Made by a program: the position numbers and the translations under genes. Source: Candidatus Woesearchaeota archaeon (lineage in GTDB: Archaea > Nanobdellota > Nanobdellia > Woesearchaeales > UBA10216). Taken from it: 60,408 nucleotides of DNA. The notes beneath the pieces are model-generated. The model made no database searches. It was given only the letters and a program-made list of their open reading frames with translations, and was not told the DNA's origin. The DNA lies in NCBI GenBank assembly GCA_016180085.1, contig JACPBX010000009.1, forward strand, positions 1 through 60,408. The letters run 5' to 3'. Of this stretch, positions 44,212 through 52,389 are shown in pieces (position 1 is the first letter of the stretch; every line of letters begins with the position of its first letter).

Positions 44212-45255
44212 TTAAATCTTTTTGACAATGACTGCCCCAACGTCTTTCGCCAGGAGTTCCTGCGCTCTTTTGGAAAGCTCACCTTTTATTAGCAGCATTA
44301 CAGGCAGTTTTTTAAGCTGGCCCTGCACAAGTGCCGAGCTTACATCGGCATCTGTGATGATTTTTTTGCTTTTTGCGATGCAGTAGTGCCTCAGCTTCCC
44401 TACGCTGCTTGAGAGCAGCACAATGTACTCTTTTTCTGATTTTTTTGGTTTGGCAGCCAAGAGGTCAGTCTCAATTTCAATATTATTGTTTGTGAAGAAC
44501 TCTGCCAATTCTTTTGCAAACAGGTTGTCTGGTGCTGTTGCCTTTTGTGTAGGCTGTTGCCTTCTTCTTTTTTGCACAGTTTCAGGGATTGGCTGTGTTA
44601 ATGGCTGCTGTAGCTGTTGCTTTGGAGTTGGCGATAAAGCAGCTGGGGCTGTGGTAGCGGCTGTGGTTGGCATTGGTTCTTTTATGGCAGATTGTTGTGG
44701 TGTGAGTGTTGTTTGTGTTCCGGCAACTGGCTCTATCATTGGTTTCTGTGCAGCTTGATTGGTAGCAGAGGCTGTTGCGGCTGCAGCTTCTTCCCTGTAG
44801 CCAAGCATTTTTTTAATTGCTGTTTCTGCCTCTTCGTTGGGCATAAGGTACCATTTCCAGAATAGTTCTACGTTGCCATCAGAGTTCGCTTCTATTGGCT
44901 TGGCAAAGTCCTTAATCTGGCGCAGAGCCACCCTTATTACCGGTTCAAGGATGGCGTCTTTCAGCACGCCGCTTTCCTTAAGCTGCTCATACGCCTCTTT
45001 TTCCTTCTGGTGCATGTTTGAAGTGTAGTTTTGGAGCTTTTGCTCCTGCCCTTGGACGTAGTACAGCGGGGTTCCTCCTATCTTCACATTTGATATTCTG
45101 ACATCGCCTTTGGAAGCCAGTTCGGAGAGTATGGCCGAGGCCATGAGTATGTTTGTCCCTATCTCCTTTGAAATCTGCGATGGTATTAACGGCCCTCTCA
45201 TCCGCACAAGCTGCTTTACCCTGTCCGTAATTAGACTTCCTGTCATTGCTGCCAT
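44212..45255 (-). CDS. Conserved-looking hypothetical: N-terminal wHTH-like domain, disordered linker, C-terminal alpha/beta domain
   Basis: GPLIPSQISKEI...ILSEL...KIGGTPLYY; Q/P/T/A-rich linker; in an operon upstream of fen. Confidence 0.75.
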   Translation of the reverse strand: MAAMTGSLITDRVKQLVRMRGPLIPSQISKEIGTNILMASAILSELASKGDVRISNVKIGGTPLYYVQGQEQKLQNYTSNMHQKEKEAYEQLKESGVLKDAILEPVIRVALRQIKDFAKPIEANSDGNVELFWKWYLMPNEEAETAIKKMLGYREEAAAATASATNQAAQKPMIEPVAGTQTTLTPQQSAIKEPMPTTAATTAPAALSPTPKQQLQQPLTQPIPETVQKRRRQQPTQKATAPDNLFAKELAEFFTNNNIEIETDLLAAKPKKSEKEYIVLLSSSVGKLRHYCIAKSKKIITDADVSSALVQGQLKKLPVMLLIKGELSKRAQELLAKDVGAVIVKKI

Positions 45256-45340
45256 TACAAATCAGAGAGAAAATACGCTTGCGGCTTTAAATAATTTGCC
45301 AGCAAGGAAGGAGGCAAGAGGACAAAGCATGCGGCACTCT

Positions 45341-45859
45341 TTATGCAATCTCCCATGAGAGTGAGCTAAATACAGAAAAACCCATAACAGTCAAAAGCGC
45401 AAGCAAACCAAGTATCATCATTAGTGATTTGCTTACGCCATGCTCGTCAAAAGACTTGTTCAGGTTTTTGGCAGAAATAACTAAAGCCGCCAAAAAAAAT
45501 AGCCAAGTAAGTCTGGAGAGAAGTAACTGCGGCACTTCAAACATGCCAGCTATTCCATACCAGAGTTCAAAAAATACTCCGAACCCCAGCCCAAAGATTG
45601 CCCGGGCTGCTGAAAATGCTGCAGCGAATCTGAACAGGTTGGTTTTAGTTTGCAGTTTGGTGGCTTTGATGTGGTTTGCAGCAAGAATAAGCCCACCTGC
45701 AAGCAGGGATAAGATTGTGGAGAAGGGAGGCAGTTGAGCTCTGAAAGGATATGGAAAAAGGAGGGCAACAGCGTGGAGCAGAAATAAAATGCCGATGAAA
45801 TCCGGTATTTTTGATTTTGGTTTGGCGACCATTAGATTAGTTAATTTAGGCTGCGGCAT
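45341..45859 (-). CDS. Hypothetical membrane protein (4-5 TM)
   Basis: Several hydrophobic segments; co-oriented with endA and fen. Confidence 0.65.
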   Translation of the reverse strand: MPQPKLTNLMVAKPKSKIPDFIGILFLLHAVALLFPYPFRAQLPPFSTILSLLAGGLILAANHIKATKLQTKTNLFRFAAAFSAARAIFGLGFGVFFELWYGIAGMFEVPQLLLSRLTWLFFLAALVISAKNLNKSFDEHGVSKSLMMILGLLALLTVMGFSVFSSLSWEIA

Positions 45860-45868
45860 ATATAAATA

Positions 45869-46462
45869 TTACGGCCTCATCCACCTGACTTCCCAGTAGC
45901 TCACGTCAGCTTCCTCATCAACAACCCCAATAAGGAGCCTTTTCTTGGTGCTGTGCGCCACTCTGTTCTTGGCAGAGAACTCGTGCCAGGTAAGCGTATC
46001 TCCCTCATGGACCGGGTAAAGTATCCAGCGCGCGTGGTCTTCGCCTGGCTTGACTCCACGGTCGTAAACCCTGAAATCTGCCCCAAATTTGAGCGCGGTC
46101 TTTATTATGTAGCCTCTGTCCCTTATATCTTTAAACACAGAGTATTTGACCCAGAAGTTCTGCTGCGCCTTGGCGGCTTTCTTGAGAAACTGTTCTGCAG
46201 TTACGGGTTTGCCTTTTCCGTCAAAAACAGCAATCTTGCCTCTCTCAAGAAGGTACATCGCCTCTGTAAACGCGAGCTGCACCCTCCCGTCCCCAAGCAT
46301 CTTTCCATACCTGCTTTGGTTGTAGAGCTCCCTTGCAGCGTCTGTATTTTCAGTCAGAACCCTTTCTTTCAGGAGGTAAGCCTTAACCTGTTCCTTTGAC
46401 TTCTTCAGGGGGTCTTCCTTTGATGGTTCCTTCTCTTTCACGTCTGTGGCTAATGCTTCCAT
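45869..46462 (-). CDS. endA: tRNA-intron endonuclease (single-unit alpha4 type)
   Basis: RGYIIKTALKFGADFRVY; EDHARW; AHSTKKRLL (Tyr/His/Lys triad). Confidence 0.95.
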   Translation of the reverse strand: MEALATDVKEKEPSKEDPLKKSKEQVKAYLLKERVLTENTDAARELYNQSRYGKMLGDGRVQLAFTEAMYLLERGKIAVFDGKGKPVTAEQFLKKAAKAQQNFWVKYSVFKDIRDRGYIIKTALKFGADFRVYDRGVKPGEDHARWILYPVHEGDTLTWHEFSAKNRVAHSTKKRLLIGVVDEEADVSYWEVRWMRP

Positions 46463-46529
46463 AATCCGTTTGTGTTCGGCGGGTGCTTAAAAAGCTTTGT
46501 GCAAACATATAGGCGTTCTCAGCCAAGAA

Positions 46530-47621
46530 TCAAAGTTTCAGGTTTCTATGCACTTTCTGCATGTAGAAGCGTGCTAGGGGGAACATTGCCATTCTAAGGA
46601 GTTTTGAATTGTATACCCTTCGGAACTTAGGCAGCGGATTATCAACGAAAAGGTTTTTCATGGTGTATCTGACGAGAGCATCATTTGATATGATGATTTC
46701 AAACAAAAACCTGTTCACAAGTGAAGTTCTAATTTTGGTGTTGAACTCTTTTTTGGCAGCTTCAACATAGTCGGTTCCATCTATTATGCTTCGTGCAGCC
46801 AGGTAGCCTGAAGTTATGGCGCTTCTTATCCCGAAGCCTGCGAGCACATCTTGAATTCCTGCTGCTTCACCTACAAACAGCTGACTGTTGGCTTTGAACA
46901 TGTTGTGTGTGGAGAAGCTGCCTACCCCGCCAACGCCTCGGCAATTTCTTATTTCTATATTGTAAAGTCCGGAAAAGAATTTCTTTGTCTCTTCAAAGCA
47001 TTCATTCACTTTGTTCAGTTTTCCAAACACAACAGCGCACATGCATCCGTAGCCGTCAGTCACGAGAAGGTACGAATACCCTTTATAAGCCGCTTTCTGG
47101 TTTATTATTACGGCTGCCATATCTTCCGTGCCAGTTTCAAAAACAATGCCCTTGTCAATTCCGGCGAGCTGATTCATTATAGGCCCTGTTGCCACTATAT
47201 CCGCCTGCCCAGCAGGCAGGGACGAGTTGAACTTTATCCTCACCCCAGCCTCAATGGCCTGTTCCTTAAGCCCCTGGTCAAGGCTGCCGGCCATGTTTCC
47301 ACGTTTGACAATATAGAAGATCGGTTCTTCAGAACTTATTCCTTTTGATTCTTTTCCGTTGCTCACCGTAATTTTCGTGAAGGGCTTGTTGTAGAAGTTG
47401 GCGTGTATAGACATTTGCTTCAAATCTTCCAGAACGTTTATTTCTTCTGACCAGTTTTCAAGCCCCTGCAAATCACCCCCAAACCTTTGACCACAATCCT
47501 TGTTTCGTTCGTATACCTCAACTTTATAACCTGCTTTTGCCAAGTTTATGGCTGCTGCCAAACCGGAAGGCCCCGCGCCTAGTATCCTGATTGGTTGTTC
47601 AATGGCCATTTCATTAAACAT
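46530..47621 (-). CDS. FAD-dependent oxidoreductase, geranylgeranyl-reductase-like
   Basis: ILGAGPSGLAAAINLAKAG..V.VYER; IVATG; GYSYL; VGEAAGIQD.L.GFGIRSAITSG. Confidence 0.85.
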   Translation of the reverse strand: MFNEMAIEQPIRILGAGPSGLAAAINLAKAGYKVEVYERNKDCGQRFGGDLQGLENWSEEINVLEDLKQMSIHANFYNKPFTKITVSNGKESKGISSEEPIFYIVKRGNMAGSLDQGLKEQAIEAGVRIKFNSSLPAGQADIVATGPIMNQLAGIDKGIVFETGTEDMAAVIINQKAAYKGYSYLLVTDGYGCMCAVVFGKLNKVNECFEETKKFFSGLYNIEIRNCRGVGGVGSFSTHNMFKANSQLFVGEAAGIQDVLAGFGIRSAITSGYLAARSIIDGTDYVEAAKKEFNTKIRTSLVNRFLFEIIISNDALVRYTMKNLFVDNPLPKFRRVYNSKLLRMAMFPLARFYMQKVHRNLKL

Positions 47622-47675
47622 GGGCGCGTATTTTATCGCAACGCTTAAATAATTTGCTTTATGCCTTCCTGCCTT

Positions 47676-48575
47676 ATGGAAATCATATTTTTGGGCACAA
47701 GCTCAATGGTGCCAACCAAAGAGAGAAACCAGTCGTCGGTGTTTATCAGCTACGGCTCTGAGGGTGTGCTTGTTGATTGCGGCGAGGGCACCCAGAGGCA
47801 GCTGAAGATTGCAGGAATACCGCTTACAAAAGTGACCAAGGTTCTGATAAGCCACTGGCACGGCGACCACGTCCTTGGCCTTCCCGGTCTTATTCAGACC
47901 CTTGGCAGCTCTGCCACATCACACCGCTTGCAGGTTTTTGGCCCAAAAGGGACAAAGGTGCAGTTTGAGCACATGAAAAAAGCGTTCTTTATGGAGACGG
48001 AAGGTAGGGGGCTCACGCTTGAGGTCAGCGACGTAGAAAAAGGCATTTTTTTTGAGAATAAGGGCTTTTATCTTGAAGCTGGCAGGCTTGATCATTCTGT
48101 CCCTTGCCTGGGCTATAGCATTGTGGAGAAGGACACTAGGCACATTAATACCGAAGCTGCCGGGAGTCTTGGGCTGCCTGAGGGGCCCATCTTGGGGCAA
48201 CTGCAGGCAGGGCAGACAGCAACGTGGAAAGGAAAAACGATAAAGCCCGCTGACGTGACATACGTCAGAAAAGGGAAAAAAGTGACCGTGATAATGGACA
48301 CTGAGCTTTGCAGCAGCGCGATTGAGCTGGCGGACGCAGCTGATTTGCTGATTTGCGAAGCGACTTATGCAAACGAATTGGAGGAAAAAGCTTCAGAATA
48401 TAAGCATTTGACCGCCCAGCAGGCTGCATTGATAGCAAATAAAGCCGGAGCCAAAAAGCTGGCATTAACCCATTTTTCCCAAAGGTACAAAACAACCCAG
48501 CAAGTTGAAGAGGACGCAAGGACAACCTTTGATAACATTGTCTGCGCAAAGGACTTCATGAGGTTGAAAATATAA
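47676..48575 (+). CDS. rnz: Ribonuclease Z
   Basis: MEIIFLGTSSMVPT.ERN; LVDCGEGTQRQ; SHWHGDH; DLLICEAT; LTHFSQRY. Confidence 0.97.
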   Translation: MEIIFLGTSSMVPTKERNQSSVFISYGSEGVLVDCGEGTQRQLKIAGIPLTKVTKVLISHWHGDHVLGLPGLIQTLGSSATSHRLQVFGPKGTKVQFEHMKKAFFMETEGRGLTLEVSDVEKGIFFENKGFYLEAGRLDHSVPCLGYSIVEKDTRHINTEAAGSLGLPEGPILGQLQAGQTATWKGKTIKPADVTYVRKGKKVTVIMDTELCSSAIELADAADLLICEATYANELEEKASEYKHLTAQQAALIANKAGAKKLALTHFSQRYKTTQQVEEDARTTFDNIVCAKDFMRLKI

Positions 48576-48593
48576 AAATTGGCAAATAAAAAA

Positions 48594-48986
48594 ATGGACG
48601 CAAAGGCAAAGGGCAGCAATTCTGAGCGTGAGCTCATACACTTATTCTGGAGCAAAGGGTGGGCAAGTATACGCGCCGCAGGCTCTGGCTCATCCCATTA
48701 CCCCAGCCCAGACATCCTTGCTTCAAACGCGGCAAGGACCCTTGCCATAGAATGCAAATCCTCGGGCGAGCTCAGCAGGCACTTGCAAAAAGGGCAGGTT
48801 GAGGATCTTGTGAAGTTCGCAAAGCTTTTCGGGGCAGAGCCTTGGATAGGAGCAAGGTTTAATGCTATGAAATGGGCTTTTTTTACCCCGGATGACCTGA
48901 AGAAGACCGGCTCGGGGTTTTCCGTATCGGTCAGGATGATAAGGGAAAAGGGACTTACCTTCGAGCAGCTTATTGGCGTGTTTTAG
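48594..48986 (+). CDS. hjc: Holliday junction resolvase Hjc
   Basis: KGSNSEREL; IRAAGSG; PDILA; AIECK. Confidence 0.95.
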   Translation: MDAKAKGSNSERELIHLFWSKGWASIRAAGSGSSHYPSPDILASNAARTLAIECKSSGELSRHLQKGQVEDLVKFAKLFGAEPWIGARFNAMKWAFFTPDDLKKTGSGFSVSVRMIREKGLTFEQLIGVF

Positions 48987-49014
48987 CTTGCTTGTGATTT
49001 TCTAAAACTTTTTA

Positions 49015-49086
49015 TAGACAATTTAATTAAAATTGTCTAAGAAAACTTTGAACGGAAGTTAAATGCGCAGTCATTCAAAGTTTTCT
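49015..49086. repeat. Two adjacent AT-rich inverted repeats upstream of tfe
   Basis: TAGACAATTT-N5-AAATTGTCTA (49015-49039) and AGAAAACTTTGAA-N21-TTCAAAGTTTTCT (49040-49086). Confidence 0.7.
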
Positions 49087-49118
49087 ATAGATTTTAAAGT
49101 GACTCGGTATGTTAAAAT

Positions 49119-49709
49119 ATGTTAAAGCCGAAACAGAATAAGTCGGAGGCCATCGACATAGCTTATTCCCTGAAAGCGTATGCGGGGGAAGATGCCGTGC
49201 CGGTAATTAAGGAATTGATAAAGAAAAAGGACTACTCTGAGTTTAAGCTGGCTGAAGCAATTAAAAAAGAGGTTAACGAAACCCGAAACCTTTTGTACAG
49301 GCTTAACAGCCTGAACCTTGCCTCTTTCACAAAAAAGAAAGACCATAAAGTTGGGTGGTATATTCATTATTGGACCTTTCACGAGGATAGGGTTGGCTCT
49401 TTTCTTTTAAATGAAAAAAGGGCAAGGATTGAAGTGCTGAAAGAGCTTATCCTGAAGGAAAACAAGGGAGATTCGTTCCTGTGCGGGAACTGCTGTGTTG
49501 ATGTTGATTTTGATAAGGCTTTCGACTTTTCTTTTCGCTGCCTGGAGTGCGGGGGGCTTTTGACCCGGGAGAGCGGCGCTGGCGGTGATTCTGTCTTGAA
49601 GGCTGAACTGGCAAAGCTTGAGAAGGACTTGATGCTATTGGAACGAAGTGGGGAAGAGAAAAAAGCAGGGAAAAAGAAACAAAGTGATATTAAGGTGTTG
49701 TGTTTTTAG
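49119..49709 (+). CDS. tfe: Transcription factor E (TFIIE alpha homologue)
   Basis: SEFKLAE; NETRNLLYRL; WYIHYW; Zn ribbon C..C...FSFRCLECGG.L. Confidence 0.92.
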   Translation: MLKPKQNKSEAIDIAYSLKAYAGEDAVPVIKELIKKKDYSEFKLAEAIKKEVNETRNLLYRLNSLNLASFTKKKDHKVGWYIHYWTFHEDRVGSFLLNEKRARIEVLKELILKENKGDSFLCGNCCVDVDFDKAFDFSFRCLECGGLLTRESGAGGDSVLKAELAKLEKDLMLLERSGEEKKAGKKKQSDIKVLCF

Positions 49710-49921
49710 CGCCTTCTTCTGAGCGACTTCTCTATCTTCTGCTCCTCACGCTCAATCTTTATTTCCTCAAGCGCCACCCTTTTTGTGATTGCAAAAAGGT
49801 TTTCATCAATCCTTGCTATCCTCCTCTCCATCAGGACAAGGATTCTTAATGAATAGACAATGGCGGCAAGCGTTCCTATTATGACGGCAAGAATTACAAC
49901 CTGGATGTTTCCCTCTGGCAT
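49706..49921 (-). CDS. Small single-TM protein with cytoplasmic coiled coil
   Basis: SD GAGGTG; MPEGNIQVVILAVIIGTLAAIVYSLRILVLMERRIARID. Confidence 0.65.
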   Translation of the reverse strand: MPEGNIQVVILAVIIGTLAAIVYSLRILVLMERRIARIDENLFAITKRVALEEIKIEREEQKIEKSLRRRR

Positions 49922-50009
49922 TCCATGCACCTCTTTTGTGATTTTATTGGTTTTTGTATAGTTGTGAAACTGATTTAAAAAGGTTTTGTTTTGGGGCATG
50001 ATTTGCTGC

Positions 50010-50807
50010 TTAAGCCTGCTTCATCGCTGCCCAGGCAGCCTCGAACATCTTTTCAAATGTGGCGGCAAAGAATTTTGACCTTACCCAGATGCCAACATCT
50101 GCTGCCGGGTTTGTTATTTCATCGTCAAGTGGCATCAAAACAACTTCCTTGCCATCAACAACACAAAACCTTGCGGGTGTGCTCGTGTGCCTGAGTTCGG
50201 CAAGGCTTGCAAGCTCCTCAAGCTGCGGCCTTACCTCGTTCGTGATGTGGGCGGCAATCCTGATCTTCAGTTTTTTTTCCTTTGCTTTCTTAAGCGCACT
50301 TTTCAGCACATCCTTTTTCCTCATCAAGCCGGAGGTTGTGGTGGTGATTATGACGCTTTTCTCTGCATTCTTTATGATTCTCTCCAAAACATGGTAAAGG
50401 TTTTTCCTGCCTTTTATGCTTGCAGTTAGGTCAAGGGGGTCTATGTCCCGTATGCCGCTTTTATAGATAATTTTTAACTCATCAATAAGCGGGCTCTGTT
50501 CAACTTTGTTAAGAAAGTCTTCCTGAAGCTTTACATCCTCAATAAGCTTTTTCCTTACTTTGTCAATAACATGCTCGGGCTGCACAGCAATGTATTTTAT
50601 TGGCTTCCCAATCTTCATTATAATAAACCCTTTCTTCTCAAGGCTTTCGAGAACATCATAACTCCTGCTTCTGGGAACACCCGCGACGTCAGACAACTCC
50701 CCAGCCGCGGCAACGCCCTTCGTAAGAAGCGCAAGCCAAAGCTTGGATTCGTAGCTGTTAAGGCCTATATCTTTCAGCTGATTAATTAATTCCTTCTGCA
50801 TCAACAT
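50010..50807 (-). CDS. TrmB-family (TrmBL2-like) regulator, copy 2
   Basis: GLNSYESKLWLALL.KG..AAGELSD...VPRSRSYDVLESLEKKGF; FCVVDGKE. Confidence 0.92.
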   Translation of the reverse strand: MLMQKELINQLKDIGLNSYESKLWLALLTKGVAAAGELSDVAGVPRSRSYDVLESLEKKGFIIMKIGKPIKYIAVQPEHVIDKVRKKLIEDVKLQEDFLNKVEQSPLIDELKIIYKSGIRDIDPLDLTASIKGRKNLYHVLERIIKNAEKSVIITTTTSGLMRKKDVLKSALKKAKEKKLKIRIAAHITNEVRPQLEELASLAELRHTSTPARFCVVDGKEVVLMPLDDEITNPAADVGIWVRSKFFAATFEKMFEAAWAAMKQA

Positions 50808-50900
50808 GGGGTTTGGGAAAGGACCGCACTATTTAAACCTTTCTGTTTTTTATTATTTAAAAGTAACAAAAATACAAGCAACCCAACCTCACACCCCACG

Positions 50901-51080
50901 GTTTCTGGTGGAAACACCCGGAATCCACAACAACAACACCCAAAGCCAACGAATAATTCAATATAGAAGAATATTCGGTTTGTTGTTTTTCCCGTCACAC
51001 AATCAAAACATCCAGTTCAATCATATTGATTCTGGTTCCGTAATGTTTATTAATACAACCACTGCAAGTTTCCATAAGAA
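50901..51080. other. Candidate replication origin (oriC): inverted ORB-like boxes flanking an AT-rich segment
   Basis: GTTTCTGGTGGAAAC (50901-50915, plus) and TTCTTATGGAAAC (minus, 51080-51068); directly upstream of cdc6. Confidence 0.7.
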
Positions 51081-51088
51081 GTAATGGG

Positions 51089-52303
51089 GTGGATGTTTTG
51101 AAAGGAAAAAATCTCACGCATTTTTTTGAAACATACCTTAATAAAGAGTCTGTTTTTGCAAATAAAAATACGCTCCAAGGGGGTTATATCCCCTCAGAAC
51201 TTGTTCATAGGGATGAGCAGATCAGACAGGTTGCTTCAATCATTGCACCAGCTTTGCGTCTGGAAAGACCGTCCAACCTTTTTATTTACGGAAAAACTGG
51301 CACAGGGAAGACGATTACGGCGCGCCACACCACAGACAACCTGATTGCGATAGCAAAAAAGCAGTCCATCCCGGTGCAAAGGCTGTACATCAACTGCAAG
51401 CTGAAGAGCGTTGCTGATACGGAATACCGGCTCATTTCAAGCCTCGCCCGGGAGTTTGGCAAACCGCTCCCATCAACAGGCCTCCCAACTGACGACGTTT
51501 ACAAGGCGTTTTTTTCTGCTGTTGACTCCACAAGGCAGCTCGTTATACTTGTTCTTGATGAGGTTGATCAGCTTGCCAAAAAAGCAGGGGATGGGGTGTT
51601 GTATAACCTTACGAGGATAAATGAGGAGTTGCACCATGCCCAAATCTCACTTATAGGTATTTCAAATGACCTTATGTTTGTTGATAACCTTGACCCCAGG
51701 GTTAAGTCCTCTCTCTCAGAGGAAGAGCTGCTATTCCCGCCATATAATGCGCTGCAGCTGCAGGATATCCTTGCCGGCCGCTCTGCTCTGGCATTTAAGG
51801 CCGGGGCGCTTGAATCGGGGGTTATTGAAAAATGCGCGGCATACGCTGCAAGAGAGCATGGTGACGCTAGGCGGGCTCTTGAGTTGTTGAGGGTTGCAGG
51901 GGAGCTGTCTGACAGGAAAGGCTCTGCGAAGGTCAGCATTGCCGATGTTGATGATGCAGAAGAAAAGATTGAAAGAGACAAGGTAGTAGACATTGTCGCA
52001 ACCCAACCCAGGCAGGCGCAGGTGGTTTTGCACGCAATCCTTGAAATTGGCAGGGGTTCGCCAAAATTTATTTTTACTGGTGAAGTTTATGAGCTTTACA
52101 AAAAGTGCTGTGTGGAAATAGGCCTTAGGCCCCTTACTCAAAGAAGAGTATCTGATATTTTGTCAGAGCTTGACATGCTTGGCATGATTACGGCCCGGGT
52201 TATTTCTAAAGGTCGTTACGGGAGGACAAGGGAAATTATGCTTGCTCCTCAGGCAGCCACGCCGGCTGTTAAGCGCATCCTGGCAGAGGCAGTTGGCTTA
52301 TAG
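51089..52303 (+). CDS. cdc6: Orc1/Cdc6 initiator
   Basis: HRDEQI; YGKTGTGKT; YINC; LDEVD; DPRVKSSL; GDARRAL; GRYGRT. Confidence 0.98.
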   Translation: MDVLKGKNLTHFFETYLNKESVFANKNTLQGGYIPSELVHRDEQIRQVASIIAPALRLERPSNLFIYGKTGTGKTITARHTTDNLIAIAKKQSIPVQRLYINCKLKSVADTEYRLISSLAREFGKPLPSTGLPTDDVYKAFFSAVDSTRQLVILVLDEVDQLAKKAGDGVLYNLTRINEELHHAQISLIGISNDLMFVDNLDPRVKSSLSEEELLFPPYNALQLQDILAGRSALAFKAGALESGVIEKCAAYAAREHGDARRALELLRVAGELSDRKGSAKVSIADVDDAEEKIERDKVVDIVATQPRQAQVVLHAILEIGRGSPKFIFTGEVYELYKKCCVEIGLRPLTQRRVSDILSELDMLGMITARVISKGRYGRTREIMLAPQAATPAVKRILAEAVGL

Positions 52304-52389
52304 CCTTATTGTATTTTGATTGGGTGGGTCTGGTGGAAGAGGGTTTGTCTGGGCAGGGTCCTGAGGAGGCAGTATGGAAAAAGAGGAGT

